The notes beneath the pieces are model-generated. The model was not told where the DNA came from. It saw only the letters and a list, made by a program, of their open reading frames with translations, and did no database searches. A DNA stretch of 64,000 nt from a virus. Taxonomy: Duplodnaviria > Caudoviricetes. A program made the position numbers and the translations under genes. Shown here piece by piece: positions 9,803-18,927 of the stretch; positions within the stretch are counted from its first letter, which is position 1, and each line of letters starts with the position of its first letter. The stretch spans positions 32,001 through 96,000 of the IMG/VR virus record IMGVR_UViG_2511231106_000004; one strand, 5' to 3'.

Positions 9803-11053
9803 TCAACTTTCTGTTGTTTTACCCGCAAATAGGCCGGCATCTTTCAGTTTCGTCATATTCCCATTGATGAGATACAAGTCCCCGCCCTCTTCTTCCGGGA
9901 TCCGGTTCATGTTCTCCAATTCCCGGATATCGTTGGCGGACAGCCACCCGTTCTGGCGGCCTACAGCATAACCGTTCATCCGGCTTTCGTAGTCACCCCG
10001 AAGGAGGCCATCCACATTGAAGTGGATTTCATACCGGGTCCGTTCTTCCGGGGTCAGGAGGGATTGGCTCATGGCCTGTTCCCACCGGGATACCCAGGGC
10101 CCAAGGGTATACTTCACAAATTCCAGAGACTGCTGCTCGATGTTGGAGAAAGTGGATTTTTCCAGATCCCCGATCATATGAGGAGGTACCCGGAAGATTC
10201 GGGCGATCTCATCAATCTGGAACTTCCTGGTTTCCAGGAACTGTGCCTGATCCGGAGAGATCCCGATGGGAGAATACTTCATGCCTTCTTCCAGGACGGC
10301 CACTTTGCCGGCATTGCTGCTGCCACCAAACTGGGACTGCCAGGCTTCCCGAACCCGCTGAGGATCTTTGATGGTCCCCGGATGCTCCAGGACGCCGCTG
10401 GGAGAGGCCCCATTGGCGAAAAATTTCGCCCCGAACTCCTCGCAGGCGATGGCCATGCCGATGGCGTTCTTGGCCATTGCGATGGGAGAATAGCCCACCA
10501 GGCCGTCAAAGCCAAGGCCGGGAATGTGCATCACGTTCTCCTTCCGGAGCCGGACCGTGCCGTATTCTTTAATTTTTGGGTTTTCGTCTGTGGCTTTGGT
10601 ATAGAGATAGTAAATCTCCCCATCCCCATCCCGGCACACTTCCATCCGGTCCGGCATCAGGGGATACAGGGCTACCACCTGCCCCCTGCCATTCCGAATG
10701 ATCTGGGCGAAGGCATTGCCCCACAGAAGAAGATGGGTCATGAGCGTCTCCCGGAATACGAAACTTGTCATCTCCGGGTTAGGGGCATCGTGAAGAAGCC
10801 CCGCAAGGGGATGCTGGAACTCCCGGACTTTCCCGTTTCCTTCCCGGTTGTACCGGAAGAGATGGAGGGGCAAGCCTGCGATGGATTCTGAAAGGACCCG
10901 GACGCAGGCATAGACCGCCGTCATCTGCATGGCGGACCGTTCATTGACGGCCTTCCCGGAAGAAGAGCCGCCAAAGAAGAACCAGTGCCCGCCGCCCAGA
11001 AGTCTGTTTCTGGGCTTGTCCCTGGATTTGAAGAGTTTGGAAAATAAATTCAT
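9803..11053 (-). CDS. Portal protein, HK97 family
   Basis: 'AVYACVRVLSESIAGLP', 'LLLWGNAFA', 'AQFLETRKFQ..EIARIFRVPP'. Confidence 0.95.
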   Translation of the reverse strand: MNLFSKLFKSRDKPRNRLLGGGHWFFFGGSSSGKAVNERSAMQMTAVYACVRVLSESIAGLPLHLFRYNREGNGKVREFQHPLAGLLHDAPNPEMTSFVFRETLMTHLLLWGNAFAQIIRNGRGQVVALYPLMPDRMEVCRDGDGEIYYLYTKATDENPKIKEYGTVRLRKENVMHIPGLGFDGLVGYSPIAMAKNAIGMAIACEEFGAKFFANGASPSGVLEHPGTIKDPQRVREAWQSQFGGSSNAGKVAVLEEGMKYSPIGISPDQAQFLETRKFQIDEIARIFRVPPHMIGDLEKSTFSNIEQQSLEFVKYTLGPWVSRWEQAMSQSLLTPEERTRYEIHFNVDGLLRGDYESRMNGYAVGRQNGWLSANDIRELENMNRIPEEEGGDLYLINGNMTKLKDAGLFAGKTTES

Positions 11054-11077
11054 GAAAGACTCCTTTTATTTTTTGGC

Positions 11078-11096
11078 AACCGACTTTTAGTCGGTT
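11078..11096. promoter_or_regulatory. Palindromic operator candidate upstream of the XRE moron
   Basis: AACCGACT-ttt-AGTCGGTT perfect inverted repeat in the portal/XRE intergenic region. Confidence 0.45.
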
Positions 11097-11176
11097 TTCC
11101 CATTGACGACTCGATTTCGCGTCTAGTGACAGAAAAAAAGCCTTGTACTATGCTTGCTAACAGGAGGTAATGTGAT

Positions 11177-11629
11177 ATGAAATTTGGAGAAAAGATTAGA
11201 CGCTATCGAGAAAACAATAACCTGACCCAAAAGGATCTAGGAGATCAGTTACATTTAACAGACGATGCAATCTACAAGTGGGAAGCTGGGAAAAGTTTCC
11301 CAGATGTCCCTATGCTTCGAAATCTTGTTGAACTCACAGGCTATGATGCTGAAACTCTGACAAACGATAACCGTTCTATCGAAGCCTATTACGGGCTTCC
11401 CGTTTCTGCTAAAACGTTCTTGTATGAAAAAACGATCAACGCAAGAGATTCAGTTCATGAAATCTATGATATTGGGTTACGAAAAGGAGTAAAATTACAT
11501 CGTTTTACAAACCGCGGTGGAGAAGAATACTCAGCCATTTACTGTGGTTCAAATGAAATTTTTTCTTGTCCACGAAAAGAAGAAAAGGAAATGATTTATT
11601 ACTGGAACACGAACGAAATCAATTTCTAA
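11177..11629 (+). CDS. XRE-family HTH regulator with unknown C-terminal domain (antisense moron)
   Basis: 'GEKIRRYR...LTQKDLGDQLHLTDDAIYKWEAGKSFPD' HTH_3 pattern; GGAGG RBS. Confidence 0.85.
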   Translation: MKFGEKIRRYRENNNLTQKDLGDQLHLTDDAIYKWEAGKSFPDVPMLRNLVELTGYDAETLTNDNRSIEAYYGLPVSAKTFLYEKTINARDSVHEIYDIGLRKGVKLHRFTNRGGEEYSAIYCGSNEIFSCPRKEEKEMIYYWNTNEINF

Positions 11630-11664
11630 ACGTAAGCCCTACTCACAACGAGCAGGGCTTTTCT

Positions 11665-13266
11665 CTATACAAAAAGCAGTCCCCGGGAATCGTAGACGCT
11701 TTCGTGAGCATTGTTCCCGCACCGGATGGCCCGGTCAAGGCCCATGATGGTGGCAATGGCCCCGTCTATTTTTTCCGTGGACTTTTCCTTATCTGCCTTG
11801 ATATTGCCGGCAGGATCTCTCCGGATATAAATATTATCCATCATCCATCGAAGGACTGGATGCCCTCCATGAGCAATTCGCTGCTCCAGCGTGAGCTTCA
11901 TAAGCTCCTTAGTAGGAGGGCTCATGTCCTTGAATCCCTGTCCGAAGGGGACCACCGTAAAGCCCATCCCCTCCAGGTTCTGGACCATCTGTACGGCACC
12001 CCACCGGTCAAAGGCAATTTCCTGTATATTGAACTTTTCACCCAGCTTCTCGATGAACTTTTCAATATACCCGTAGTGGATGACATTTCCTTCGGTTGTC
12101 TGGATAAATCCCTGCTGGGCCCAGATGTCGTACATCACATGGTCCCGCTTTACCCGCAGGGGCAGTGTCTCCTCCGGCAGCCAGAAGTACGGCAGGATGC
12201 AGTACTTATCCTGGTCATCCAGAGGCGGGAATACAAGTACGAAGGCGGTAATGTCCGTGGTGCTGGAAAGGTCCAGACCGCCGTAGCAGATCCGTCCTTC
12301 CAGGTCTTCTTCCCGTACTGGGAAAGCACAGGCATCCCACTTGTCCATAGGCATCCACCGAACAGACTGCTTCACCCATTGGTTCAGCCGCAGCTGACGG
12401 AAAACATTCTCTTCGCTGGGTGTCTCTTTGGCCGATTCACAGGCTGCTTTCACTTTGTCGATCCCTACAGTAATCCCAAGAGAAGGGTTGGCCTTCTTCC
12501 ACACTTTGGGGTCGGTCCAGTCATCCTGCTCCCCAGCCCCGTAGATTACTGGGTAAAATGTGGGATCATGCTTCCGCCCTTCCAGGATGTCCATGGCCTT
12601 TTGATGGACTTCATAGCAGATGCTGTGGGTGTCCGTCCCGGCTGTGGTAATGAGGAAATACAGGGGCTGCATCCGGGCATCCCCGGAGCCTTTGGTCATT
12701 ACATCAAAAAGCTCTCGGTTGGGCTGGGTATGGAGTTCATCGAACACCACCCCGTGGATATTAAACCCGTGCTTGGAATAGGCCTCTGCCGAAAGAACCT
12801 GGTAGAAGCTGTTGGTGGGACGAAACACCATCCGTTTCTGGGAGGACAGAATCTTGACCCGCTTGCTGAGAGCCGGGCACATCCGGACCATATCGGCCGC
12901 TACTTCAAAAACGATGGAGGCCTGCTGCCGGTCTGCGGCACAGCCATAGACTTCGGCCCCTTCTTCCCCGTCCCCGCAGCAGAGCAGGAGTGCCACAGCT
13001 GCGGCCAGCTCACTTTTCCCCTGCTTCTTGGGGATCTCGATATAGGCTGTGTTGAACTGCCGGTAGCCATTGGGCTTTATGGTACCGAACAGATCCCGGA
13101 TGATCTGTTCCTGCCAGTCGATGAGCTCGAAGGGATGGCCCGCCCAGGTTCCCTTGGTGTGGCACAGGCTCTCAATAAAGGCCACGGCATAATCCGCCAA
13201 TTCCTTGTTGTAGGTGGACGTTTTGGCCTTAAACTTTGTCGGTTTGTATTTTTTGAGTTTCCGCAT
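11665..13266 (-). CDS. terL: Terminase large subunit
   Basis: 'EIPKKQGKSEL' Walker A, 'VVFDELH' Walker B, 'GGLDLSST' and 'KIDG' nuclease motifs. Confidence 0.96.
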   Translation of the reverse strand: MRKLKKYKPTKFKAKTSTYNKELADYAVAFIESLCHTKGTWAGHPFELIDWQEQIIRDLFGTIKPNGYRQFNTAYIEIPKKQGKSELAAAVALLLCCGDGEEGAEVYGCAADRQQASIVFEVAADMVRMCPALSKRVKILSSQKRMVFRPTNSFYQVLSAEAYSKHGFNIHGVVFDELHTQPNRELFDVMTKGSGDARMQPLYFLITTAGTDTHSICYEVHQKAMDILEGRKHDPTFYPVIYGAGEQDDWTDPKVWKKANPSLGITVGIDKVKAACESAKETPSEENVFRQLRLNQWVKQSVRWMPMDKWDACAFPVREEDLEGRICYGGLDLSSTTDITAFVLVFPPLDDQDKYCILPYFWLPEETLPLRVKRDHVMYDIWAQQGFIQTTEGNVIHYGYIEKFIEKLGEKFNIQEIAFDRWGAVQMVQNLEGMGFTVVPFGQGFKDMSPPTKELMKLTLEQRIAHGGHPVLRWMMDNIYIRRDPAGNIKADKEKSTEKIDGAIATIMGLDRAIRCGNNAHESVYDSRGLLFV

Positions 13267-13344
13267 GGGTGCTCCCTCCTTTCTTTTTACTGGGTATAAG
13301 AAAAGGAGCCCGGAGGCTCCTTGGTTCTTGCTGTCCCCCGTTCC

Positions 13345-13788
13345 TCAAAGGCTGAAGAGGAAGGCGGGGATTCTTTCGTATTCGTTGCTCATGAATTTCT
13401 GGCCGGATCCGTAGATTTCGGTCATCCCTTTCAATTTGCAACCCAGCTGGGTAAATTGCCAGGCTACCTGGACGGCGCTGGACCAGGTGGAGGAAAAAGT
13501 GAATTCTTTCACCCCAAATTCCCGGAACACTTTGAGGATCTTTTCCGGTTCCTGGTAGGTTCCGGAAAGGTCCAGGAGGCTGTTGCCGTGCTTTTTCATG
13601 TCGCTGTAAAGCCGCATCATGTTCCCGAAGTCTTCCCCTTCTGCCTGGACTTCCTTCACCAGTTCCTGGTAGGCATCCCGGCAGGCCTGCATGGTCTGGG
13701 CATCCCCAACCTTTTCTGCTGCATCGAACTTCTTTTCCAGTTCCTCGCTGCGCCCGTAGAGTTTTTCCATCATTTCCATCTTTGTCAT
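13345..13788 (-). CDS. Conserved phage hypothetical protein (cassette)
   Basis: AAGGAGG RBS; 'GVKEFTFSSTWSS' motif; own upstream conserved promoter-like motif and downstream hairpin. Confidence 0.7.
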   Translation of the reverse strand: MTKMEMMEKLYGRSEELEKKFDAAEKVGDAQTMQACRDAYQELVKEVQAEGEDFGNMMRLYSDMKKHGNSLLDLSGTYQEPEKILKVFREFGVKEFTFSSTWSSAVQVAWQFTQLGCKLKGMTEIYGSGQKFMSNEYERIPAFLFSL

Positions 13789-13838
13789 TTTGTTTTCCTC
13801 CTTGTGGTTGTGTGCTTTGCCTTTTGGCATGTACATAC

Positions 13839-13865
13839 ATCACTCTAAAAACAGATAATAGCAAG
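13839..13865 (-). promoter_or_regulatory. Conserved promoter-like motif, copy 1 of 7
   Basis: Minus strand CTTGCTATT-N10-AGAGTGAT. Confidence 0.65.
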
Positions 13866-13934
13866 CAAATTCTGTGTATTTATTCATTTTTTCTGGAACA
13901 GGGGCCTTTGCTTGGCCCCTGCCCTTCCCCTGTT

Positions 13935-14114
13935 TTACCGGAACTCGATGGTCAGCATTCCGTTTCCCATCCACCAGGTACTTTCTTCATTCGGGTCTTC
14001 TAAAAAGGCTTTCTTGGCTTCCCGGATCATTTTGTTCACGTTGGCCTCTCCGTACATTTCACAGGCTGCTTTCTTACTGATTTTCTTGGCGTCCAGGGTA
14101 ATGATCGTTCTCAT
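13935..14114 (-). CDS. Small hypothetical protein (59 aa, cassette)
   Basis: GAGGA RBS before ATG 14114; flanked by the promoter motif and a GC hairpin. Confidence 0.6.
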   Translation of the reverse strand: MRTIITLDAKKISKKAACEMYGEANVNKMIREAKKAFLEDPNEESTWWMGNGMLTIEFR

Positions 14115-14178
14115 GGGTATTTCCTCGCTTTCATGTGCTTTTTGCTTTTGGGGGCTGTCCCCTTTGGCATGTCTATTA

Positions 14179-14205
14179 ATCACTCTAAAGGCACATAATA
14201 GCAAG
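14179..14205 (-). promoter_or_regulatory. Conserved promoter-like motif, copy 2 of 7
   Basis: CTTGCTATT-N10-AGAGTGAT. Confidence 0.65.
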
Positions 14206-14286
14206 CGAATTCTGTGTATTTATGCAAGTATACAAGAAAGAAGAACAGGGCCTTACGGCCCCTTCCCCTGCCTGTGGCTACCGCCT

Positions 14287-15183
14287 TCAGGCGGCGTTTC
14301 TCCAGGCGGAATTCCCGGTGAGGTGTTTCAGCATGTGGAGCCGGCAGGTCTTGAATTCTTCCCCGATAAGCCCCAGCCGGAGCATCCAGCACCGGAAGGC
14401 GTATTTCTCGTTGTCCGTCTCCGTCTTTCTGGCGGAGGCTTTCTTCTGGGTCAGTGCCTGATGGGCCACCGCCAGACAGAACTGGATGTATGCCTTGATT
14501 TCCCCGGCGTGGAGGGTGCCGTTGAAAAGCCGGAATTCCACCGTCCCTTTGGTGAAGGTGGCGTGGAGGTTGAGCCCGTGGTACCGGCTGTTGTTGTAAT
14601 GTTCATCCCGACCAAAGGGTGCCTGGATGTACCAGATGTCGGAAAATTCTGCCATGGTTCGGGGCTGCTTCTTGTTCAGTTCCCAGAGGAAGGTTTCATC
14701 TGTCTTCTGGCAGTATCTGGCTTCCCGGAGGGCGTCGATCTGGAGGGCATGGTAGATCATATCTTCCTTGCTGGCCACCAGGTTTACCAGGTTCCGCAGG
14801 GTTTTCGGGGTGAACTTCTCGGCTCCCACATGGATGTGAATCCCGCAGGAGGTGTTCACCAGGGCCCCGGCTTTTCTCAGGGTCCGTACCAGTTCCTGCA
14901 GCTTCGGGATGTCGTCGTAGGAAAGGATGGGGCTTACCACTTCCGTCCGGTAGTCCCGGGTGGCGCCCTCGATCTGGCCGCCCACCTTTCTCTGAGGTCG
15001 GATGCTGGAGTCGCTCATGGCTTTCCAGGTCCGTCCTTGGTTATCCAGGGCGGTGTAGGTATCGTAGGCTCCGCCTTCATAGGTGCCCCGTCCTGTTCCG
15101 AAGAAACCGGCCATCAGGTTGGCAGCCTTTTCTCTCGTAATCCCCGTCATTTCCATTTCAATCCCGAAGTGCAGTGTTTTCAT
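14287..15183 (-). CDS. Putative amidoligase (Amidoligase_2 / COOH-NH2 ligase family)
   Basis: 'FGIEMEM', 'EVVSPIL', 'SCGIHIHVG', 'RYHGLNLH', 'TVEFRLFNGTLH'. Confidence 0.9.
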   Translation of the reverse strand: MKTLHFGIEMEMTGITREKAANLMAGFFGTGRGTYEGGAYDTYTALDNQGRTWKAMSDSSIRPQRKVGGQIEGATRDYRTEVVSPILSYDDIPKLQELVRTLRKAGALVNTSCGIHIHVGAEKFTPKTLRNLVNLVASKEDMIYHALQIDALREARYCQKTDETFLWELNKKQPRTMAEFSDIWYIQAPFGRDEHYNNSRYHGLNLHATFTKGTVEFRLFNGTLHAGEIKAYIQFCLAVAHQALTQKKASARKTETDNEKYAFRCWMLRLGLIGEEFKTCRLHMLKHLTGNSAWRNAA

Positions 15184-15234
15184 CCTTCTCGTCATCCTTT
15201 CGCTAGGTTTGTGTGTTCTTTGGCATGTGTATAT

Positions 15235-15261
15235 ATCACTCTAAACGCACAGAATAGCAAG
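15235..15261 (-). promoter_or_regulatory. Conserved promoter-like motif, copy 3 of 7
   Basis: CTTGCTATT-N10-AGAGTGAT. Confidence 0.65.
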
Positions 15262-15283
15262 GGATTTTGAGAATAGTTATTAA

Positions 15284-15517
15284 TTATTTCGTGTCTTTAT
15301 TCAGTTTTTGCACCTCATCCACCCCATGGATCACATTAAGGTGGGATCCGTTGTCCCAAACCACCAGGAGGGACCCTATATCATCTACGCCGGTCACCGT
15401 GCCTTTCGTACCCAAAGACGGTGCCTGGGGATCGTCCATCCGGGTAAGGCGTACCCGGGTTCCGGGAGGGTATTCCTGCTGTAGAAATTCCAGCAGCTCT
15501 TTATTGGGAAACCGCAT
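15284..15517 (-). CDS. DUF4314-family protein
   Basis: 'YPPGTRVRLTRMDDPQAP..GTKGTVTGVDDIGSLLVVWDNGS' signature. Confidence 0.85.
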   Translation of the reverse strand: MRFPNKELLEFLQQEYPPGTRVRLTRMDDPQAPSLGTKGTVTGVDDIGSLLVVWDNGSHLNVIHGVDEVQKLNKDTK

Positions 15518-16307
15518 CTTTTTTCCCTCCGTTCCGGAAGGCCGCTGACCCACTGAGCTTTTCCAGCAGGATCTTTCGGCAGTCCTTGTATTCCTTCCCG
15601 ATAAAGCCCAGGCGCAGGAGGAAACACCGGAAGGCGTATTTCTCGTTGGGGACTTCATGTTCTTTGGCCGTGACCCGTTTGGCGTTCTTGGCAAACTGGC
15701 ACAGGGCCTTCACCAGTCTGGAGTAGGCTTGGACCTTGGCGCCGTCCGCTTCGTGGAACCAGGGGAAGTTGATTTTCCCTTCGCTGCGGATGATGGTCAG
15801 GTCATCCGTCCCCAGGGCCTTTTTGAAAAGGCCGGCTTTAGAGGCCACCAGGTTCTGAAGTTTCTCGAAGTCTTCTTCCGTGAAATCGTCCGGAAAGGAA
15901 ATGGTGAGGGTGTCGACTTTCTCAGGAGTTTCTTCCGGTTCCTGGGCTGTTTCAGGTTCCGTCCCTTCTTCCAGTTCAGCCGTTTCCTGGGAAAGTTCTG
16001 GTTCCGGGTTTGCATCCGGTTCTGCCGTTTCCTTTACGGGTTCTTGTTCCGGAGTTTCTTCCGTTGCTGCCTGTTCTGCAGCCGTTTCTTCTGGCTTGAA
16101 TCCTCTGGCTTCCAGTTCTTTTACCACCTTCTGGAACAGTTCTCCGTCTTCACATTCCATGGCACCGTTTTTCCACACCATAATGCTGCCGATCCGGTAA
16201 GCCTTGGTGGGAAGAAAAAGGTACTTTGCCCTTTCTCCCGTAATGGCGCTGATGGCCTGGACCAGTTCTTTTCTCGCTGCACCTTGTCTGTTGTATTCGA
16301 CCTTCAT
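15501..16307 (-). CDS. Phage protein with acidic linker and amidoligase-like C-terminal domain
   Basis: E/P/T-rich linker; ends NEKYAFRCFLLRLGFIG...LSGSAAFR. Confidence 0.75.
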   Translation of the reverse strand: MKVEYNRQGAARKELVQAISAITGERAKYLFLPTKAYRIGSIMVWKNGAMECEDGELFQKVVKELEARGFKPEETAAEQAATEETPEQEPVKETAEPDANPEPELSQETAELEEGTEPETAQEPEETPEKVDTLTISFPDDFTEEDFEKLQNLVASKAGLFKKALGTDDLTIIRSEGKINFPWFHEADGAKVQAYSRLVKALCQFAKNAKRVTAKEHEVPNEKYAFRCFLLRLGFIGKEYKDCRKILLEKLSGSAAFRNGGKKDAVSQ

Positions 16308-16345
16308 GATTGGTACCTCCTTAGGGTATTTTGGTACTGTTATTA

Positions 16346-16372
16346 ATCACTCTAAAGGCGAATAATAGCAAG
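16346..16372 (-). promoter_or_regulatory. Conserved promoter-like motif, copy 4 of 7
   Basis: CTTGCTATT-N10-AGAGTGAT. Confidence 0.65.
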
Positions 16373-16395
16373 CAAAATGTAGCCCTTTTTGTTCT

Positions 16396-17652
16396 TTATT
16401 TTTCTCCGCCCACAACTTCCTGGTAGGTGTATGTTTTCCCATTTCGCAGGACGGTCACGCTGTCCTGCTCCCCTTCGTGGGAAGCCAGGTACCGCTTCAC
16501 CGCCACATCCACGAACTTGGGTTCCAGCTCCACCCCATAACAGATCCGGCCCAGCTGGTCGCAGGCCATGAGGGTGGAAGCAGACCCCAGGAATCCGTCC
16601 AGCACCACCCCGTTGATCTGGCTGCTCAGCTTGATCAGATAGGCCAGCATGGGCACCGGCTTACTGGAGGGGTGCCCGAAACCGTCCTCTTTGCTGTTCT
16701 TGATCCCGTCAAACTCAAAGACTGCTTTCTGTTTCTGGTCCCCGTACCAGTTGTGTTTTCCGTCTTTCCGCCACCCGAAGATAATGGGTTCCATGTTAAA
16801 CTTCCAGTCGGTGCGCATAAAGGGGGCCTTGGGCTTTTTCCAGATCAGGCCAGCTCCCACTTTGAAACCGGCATCTTCGAAAGCGTCGTAAAAGACCCGG
16901 GCCTTCATGGTGGCGTAGAACACATAGATGGAGGCGTCCGCCGCCATGGCATCATGGAAGCAGGTGAAGGCCTTTTTCAGGAACTCGTACCCTTCCTGGT
17001 CGTTCAGATCATCGTTCCTGATCTTCCCGGAAGTACTCCGGAGGTTGACCAGGTACGGAGGATCCGTCAGGACCAGGTTTGGCTTTACTCCATCCATCAA
17101 CTGAGCATAAGTTTCCGACTTGGTAGAATCCCCGCACAGGACCCGGTGCTTGCCCAGCTGCCAGAGGTCCCCGGCTTTGGAAAACACCGGCTTCTGCAGT
17201 TCTTCTTCCACGTTGAAGTCGTCTTCTTTGGCTTCTGTTTCTTCATCGAAGATATGGGCGATTTCGTCATCGCTAAAGCCGGTGAGGCTCACATCAAAGT
17301 CCGCTCCCTGGAGGGATTCAATTTCCACCCGCAGCATTTCTTCGTCCCATCCGGCATCCAGGGCCATCCGGTTGTCGGCCAGGATATAGGCTTTCTTCTG
17401 GGCTTCGGTAAGATAGTCCACCAGGACGCAGGGCACTTCTTTGATCCCTTCTTCCCGGGCTGCCATCACCCGACCGTGGCCGGCAATGATGTTCTTGTCC
17501 TTATCGATGATCACCGGGTTGATGAACCCGAATTCCCGCAGGCTGGCCCGGAGCTTGTTAATCTGTTCCGGGGAATGGGTCCGGGCGTTATTTACATAGG
17601 GAATCAGCTCATCGACGGGGAGGAGCCTCATCTCTTTGGTTGTTTTCTCCAT
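16396..17652 (-). CDS. ParB-N domain + N6-adenine/N4-cytosine DNA methyltransferase
   Basis: 'PYVNNARTH...IIAGHGR' ParB-like N-terminus; DPPY catalytic motif; 'HPSSKP'; 'DGFLGSAS' SAM-binding loop. Confidence 0.92.
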   Translation of the reverse strand: MEKTTKEMRLLPVDELIPYVNNARTHSPEQINKLRASLREFGFINPVIIDKDKNIIAGHGRVMAAREEGIKEVPCVLVDYLTEAQKKAYILADNRMALDAGWDEEMLRVEIESLQGADFDVSLTGFSDDEIAHIFDEETEAKEDDFNVEEELQKPVFSKAGDLWQLGKHRVLCGDSTKSETYAQLMDGVKPNLVLTDPPYLVNLRSTSGKIRNDDLNDQEGYEFLKKAFTCFHDAMAADASIYVFYATMKARVFYDAFEDAGFKVGAGLIWKKPKAPFMRTDWKFNMEPIIFGWRKDGKHNWYGDQKQKAVFEFDGIKNSKEDGFGHPSSKPVPMLAYLIKLSSQINGVVLDGFLGSASTLMACDQLGRICYGVELEPKFVDVAVKRYLASHEGEQDSVTVLRNGKTYTYQEVVGGEK

Positions 17653-17796
17653 GCCATGTTTCTCCTTATAATCGCAGCAAGCCCCCTGCGGGCACCGTTC
17701 AGGTCCCCACAAAGGGCTTGTCCTCGTAATGTTTTGATCTGTTGTTTGGTGAGGGGATATCCCCTCAGCCGGGAAATGAATTCTCTTGCTGTCATG

Positions 17797-18324
17797 CTAT
17801 ACCTTCCGCGACCGCAGCAGCCGTTCCATCACGTCATCCTGGGGCGTGTTGCCGGCAAACTCCACGGAGCAGTTTTCCTTCACCACCTGGTAGATCTGAT
17901 ACCAGATCTGGTTCACCTGCTTCATGTAGTTCTGGCCCATGGTCACGTATGGAGAAGCAATGGCCGCATTGGTGGTGGGGTGCTTGGCCAGAAAGCCATA
18001 TTCCGAAATGGCATGTTCGCACTGGATCCACCGGGACACCGCCATGGCGTACTGGCTGATGAGCTGAGGGCTTACCAGTTTCTCGCAGTGCCGGGCTTTG
18101 AGCCACAGCCAGGTTTCCCGGTAGATTTCTTCCGCCTCCAGCTTCCCGCCGTTCCGCTGCTTTTCCTTCATGTAGGCTTTGGGTTCCGGCATATCTTCTC
18201 CAGATAGATCCGCCCCTTCCGGCAGGTCCATCACCTTAAGCGGCCGCTTCCCCGGATTGTCCGGCAGTTTGTCCAGCAGGGCCCTGGGTTTCCGCCCCTG
18301 GCCCACCCGCAATCCCCCTCGCAT
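17797..18324 (-). CDS. terS: Terminase small subunit, P27 family
   Basis: 'RGG.R.G.GRK', 'GFLAKHPTT', 'DDVMERLLR'; frame extends upstream to IAKDGT (ATA at 18342). Confidence 0.85.
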   Translation of the reverse strand: MRGGLRVGQGRKPRALLDKLPDNPGKRPLKVMDLPEGADLSGEDMPEPKAYMKEKQRNGGKLEAEEIYRETWLWLKARHCEKLVSPQLISQYAMAVSRWIQCEHAISEYGFLAKHPTTNAAIASPYVTMGQNYMKQVNQIWYQIYQVVKENCSVEFAGNTPQDDVMERLLRSRKV

Positions 18325-18364
18325 GGTTCCGTCTTTTGCTATTTTTCACACCCCCTTTTTCACC

Positions 18365-18460
18365 GGGTCAATACCCTTTTTGAAAACGCGTTTTTTTCGC
18401 GCGTGACCCCTCGCCCGTTCTGGCTTTCCGGGCTTCCAGAGATTCATACGCCCCCTGGGT
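18365..18460. other. Probable cos packaging-site region
   Basis: GC-rich non-coding stretch between HNH and terS, the usual cos position in HNH-terS phages; exact cut site not determined. Confidence 0.45.
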
Positions 18461-18482
18461 ATATCACTTTGTTTCAGATTTA

Positions 18483-18869
18483 TCATTCTGATAGTCCACT
18501 TTTTCTTGTGACTTTTTGGTGCCATCGATCTCCTCTTTGGGCATGAATCCTTGCGTGACAGGCTTTGCACAGGGCAATCAGGTTGTTCCAGTCGTGGGTC
18601 CCGCCTTCCGCCAGGGGCTTCTTGTGGTGGACTTCTTCCGCCACCACGTACCGGCCATTCTTCAGACACAGCTCACAGAGAGGATGGCTGGCCACGTAGG
18701 CATCCCGGATCTTCTTCCAGGTCCTGCCGTACCGTTTCTTCGTACCAGAACTTCGCTCATACTTTTCGTACCGCTTGGCGATGATCTTCTGGTGCTTCTC
18801 ACAGTACCGGCCGTCCGTCAGGTTCGGGCAGCCTGGGAAGGAACAGGGTCGTTTCGGTTTTCTAGGCAC
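18483..18869 (-). CDS. HNH endonuclease (terminase-associated)
   Basis: GTG start with GGAGG; 'CELC...EVHHKKP..GGTHD..NLIALCKACH'. Confidence 0.92.
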   Translation of the reverse strand: MPRKPKRPCSFPGCPNLTDGRYCEKHQKIIAKRYEKYERSSGTKKRYGRTWKKIRDAYVASHPLCELCLKNGRYVVAEEVHHKKPLAEGGTHDWNNLIALCKACHARIHAQRGDRWHQKVTRKSGLSE

Positions 18870-18893
18870 AGCTGCCACCTCCTTTCGGACATG

Positions 18894-18927
18894 AAAAAAG
18901 CCCTGCAGGATAGGTCCTGCAAGGCTT
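18894..18927 (-). terminator. Intrinsic terminator-like hairpin upstream of HNH
   Basis: Minus strand AAGCCTTGCAGGA-ccta-TCCTGCAGGGCTTTTTT. Confidence 0.6.

Noticed and set aside
16396-17652. Restriction-modification system
   Set aside because: Orphan ParB-fused phage methyltransferases with no adjacent restriction endonuclease; the nearby HNH is the packaging type.
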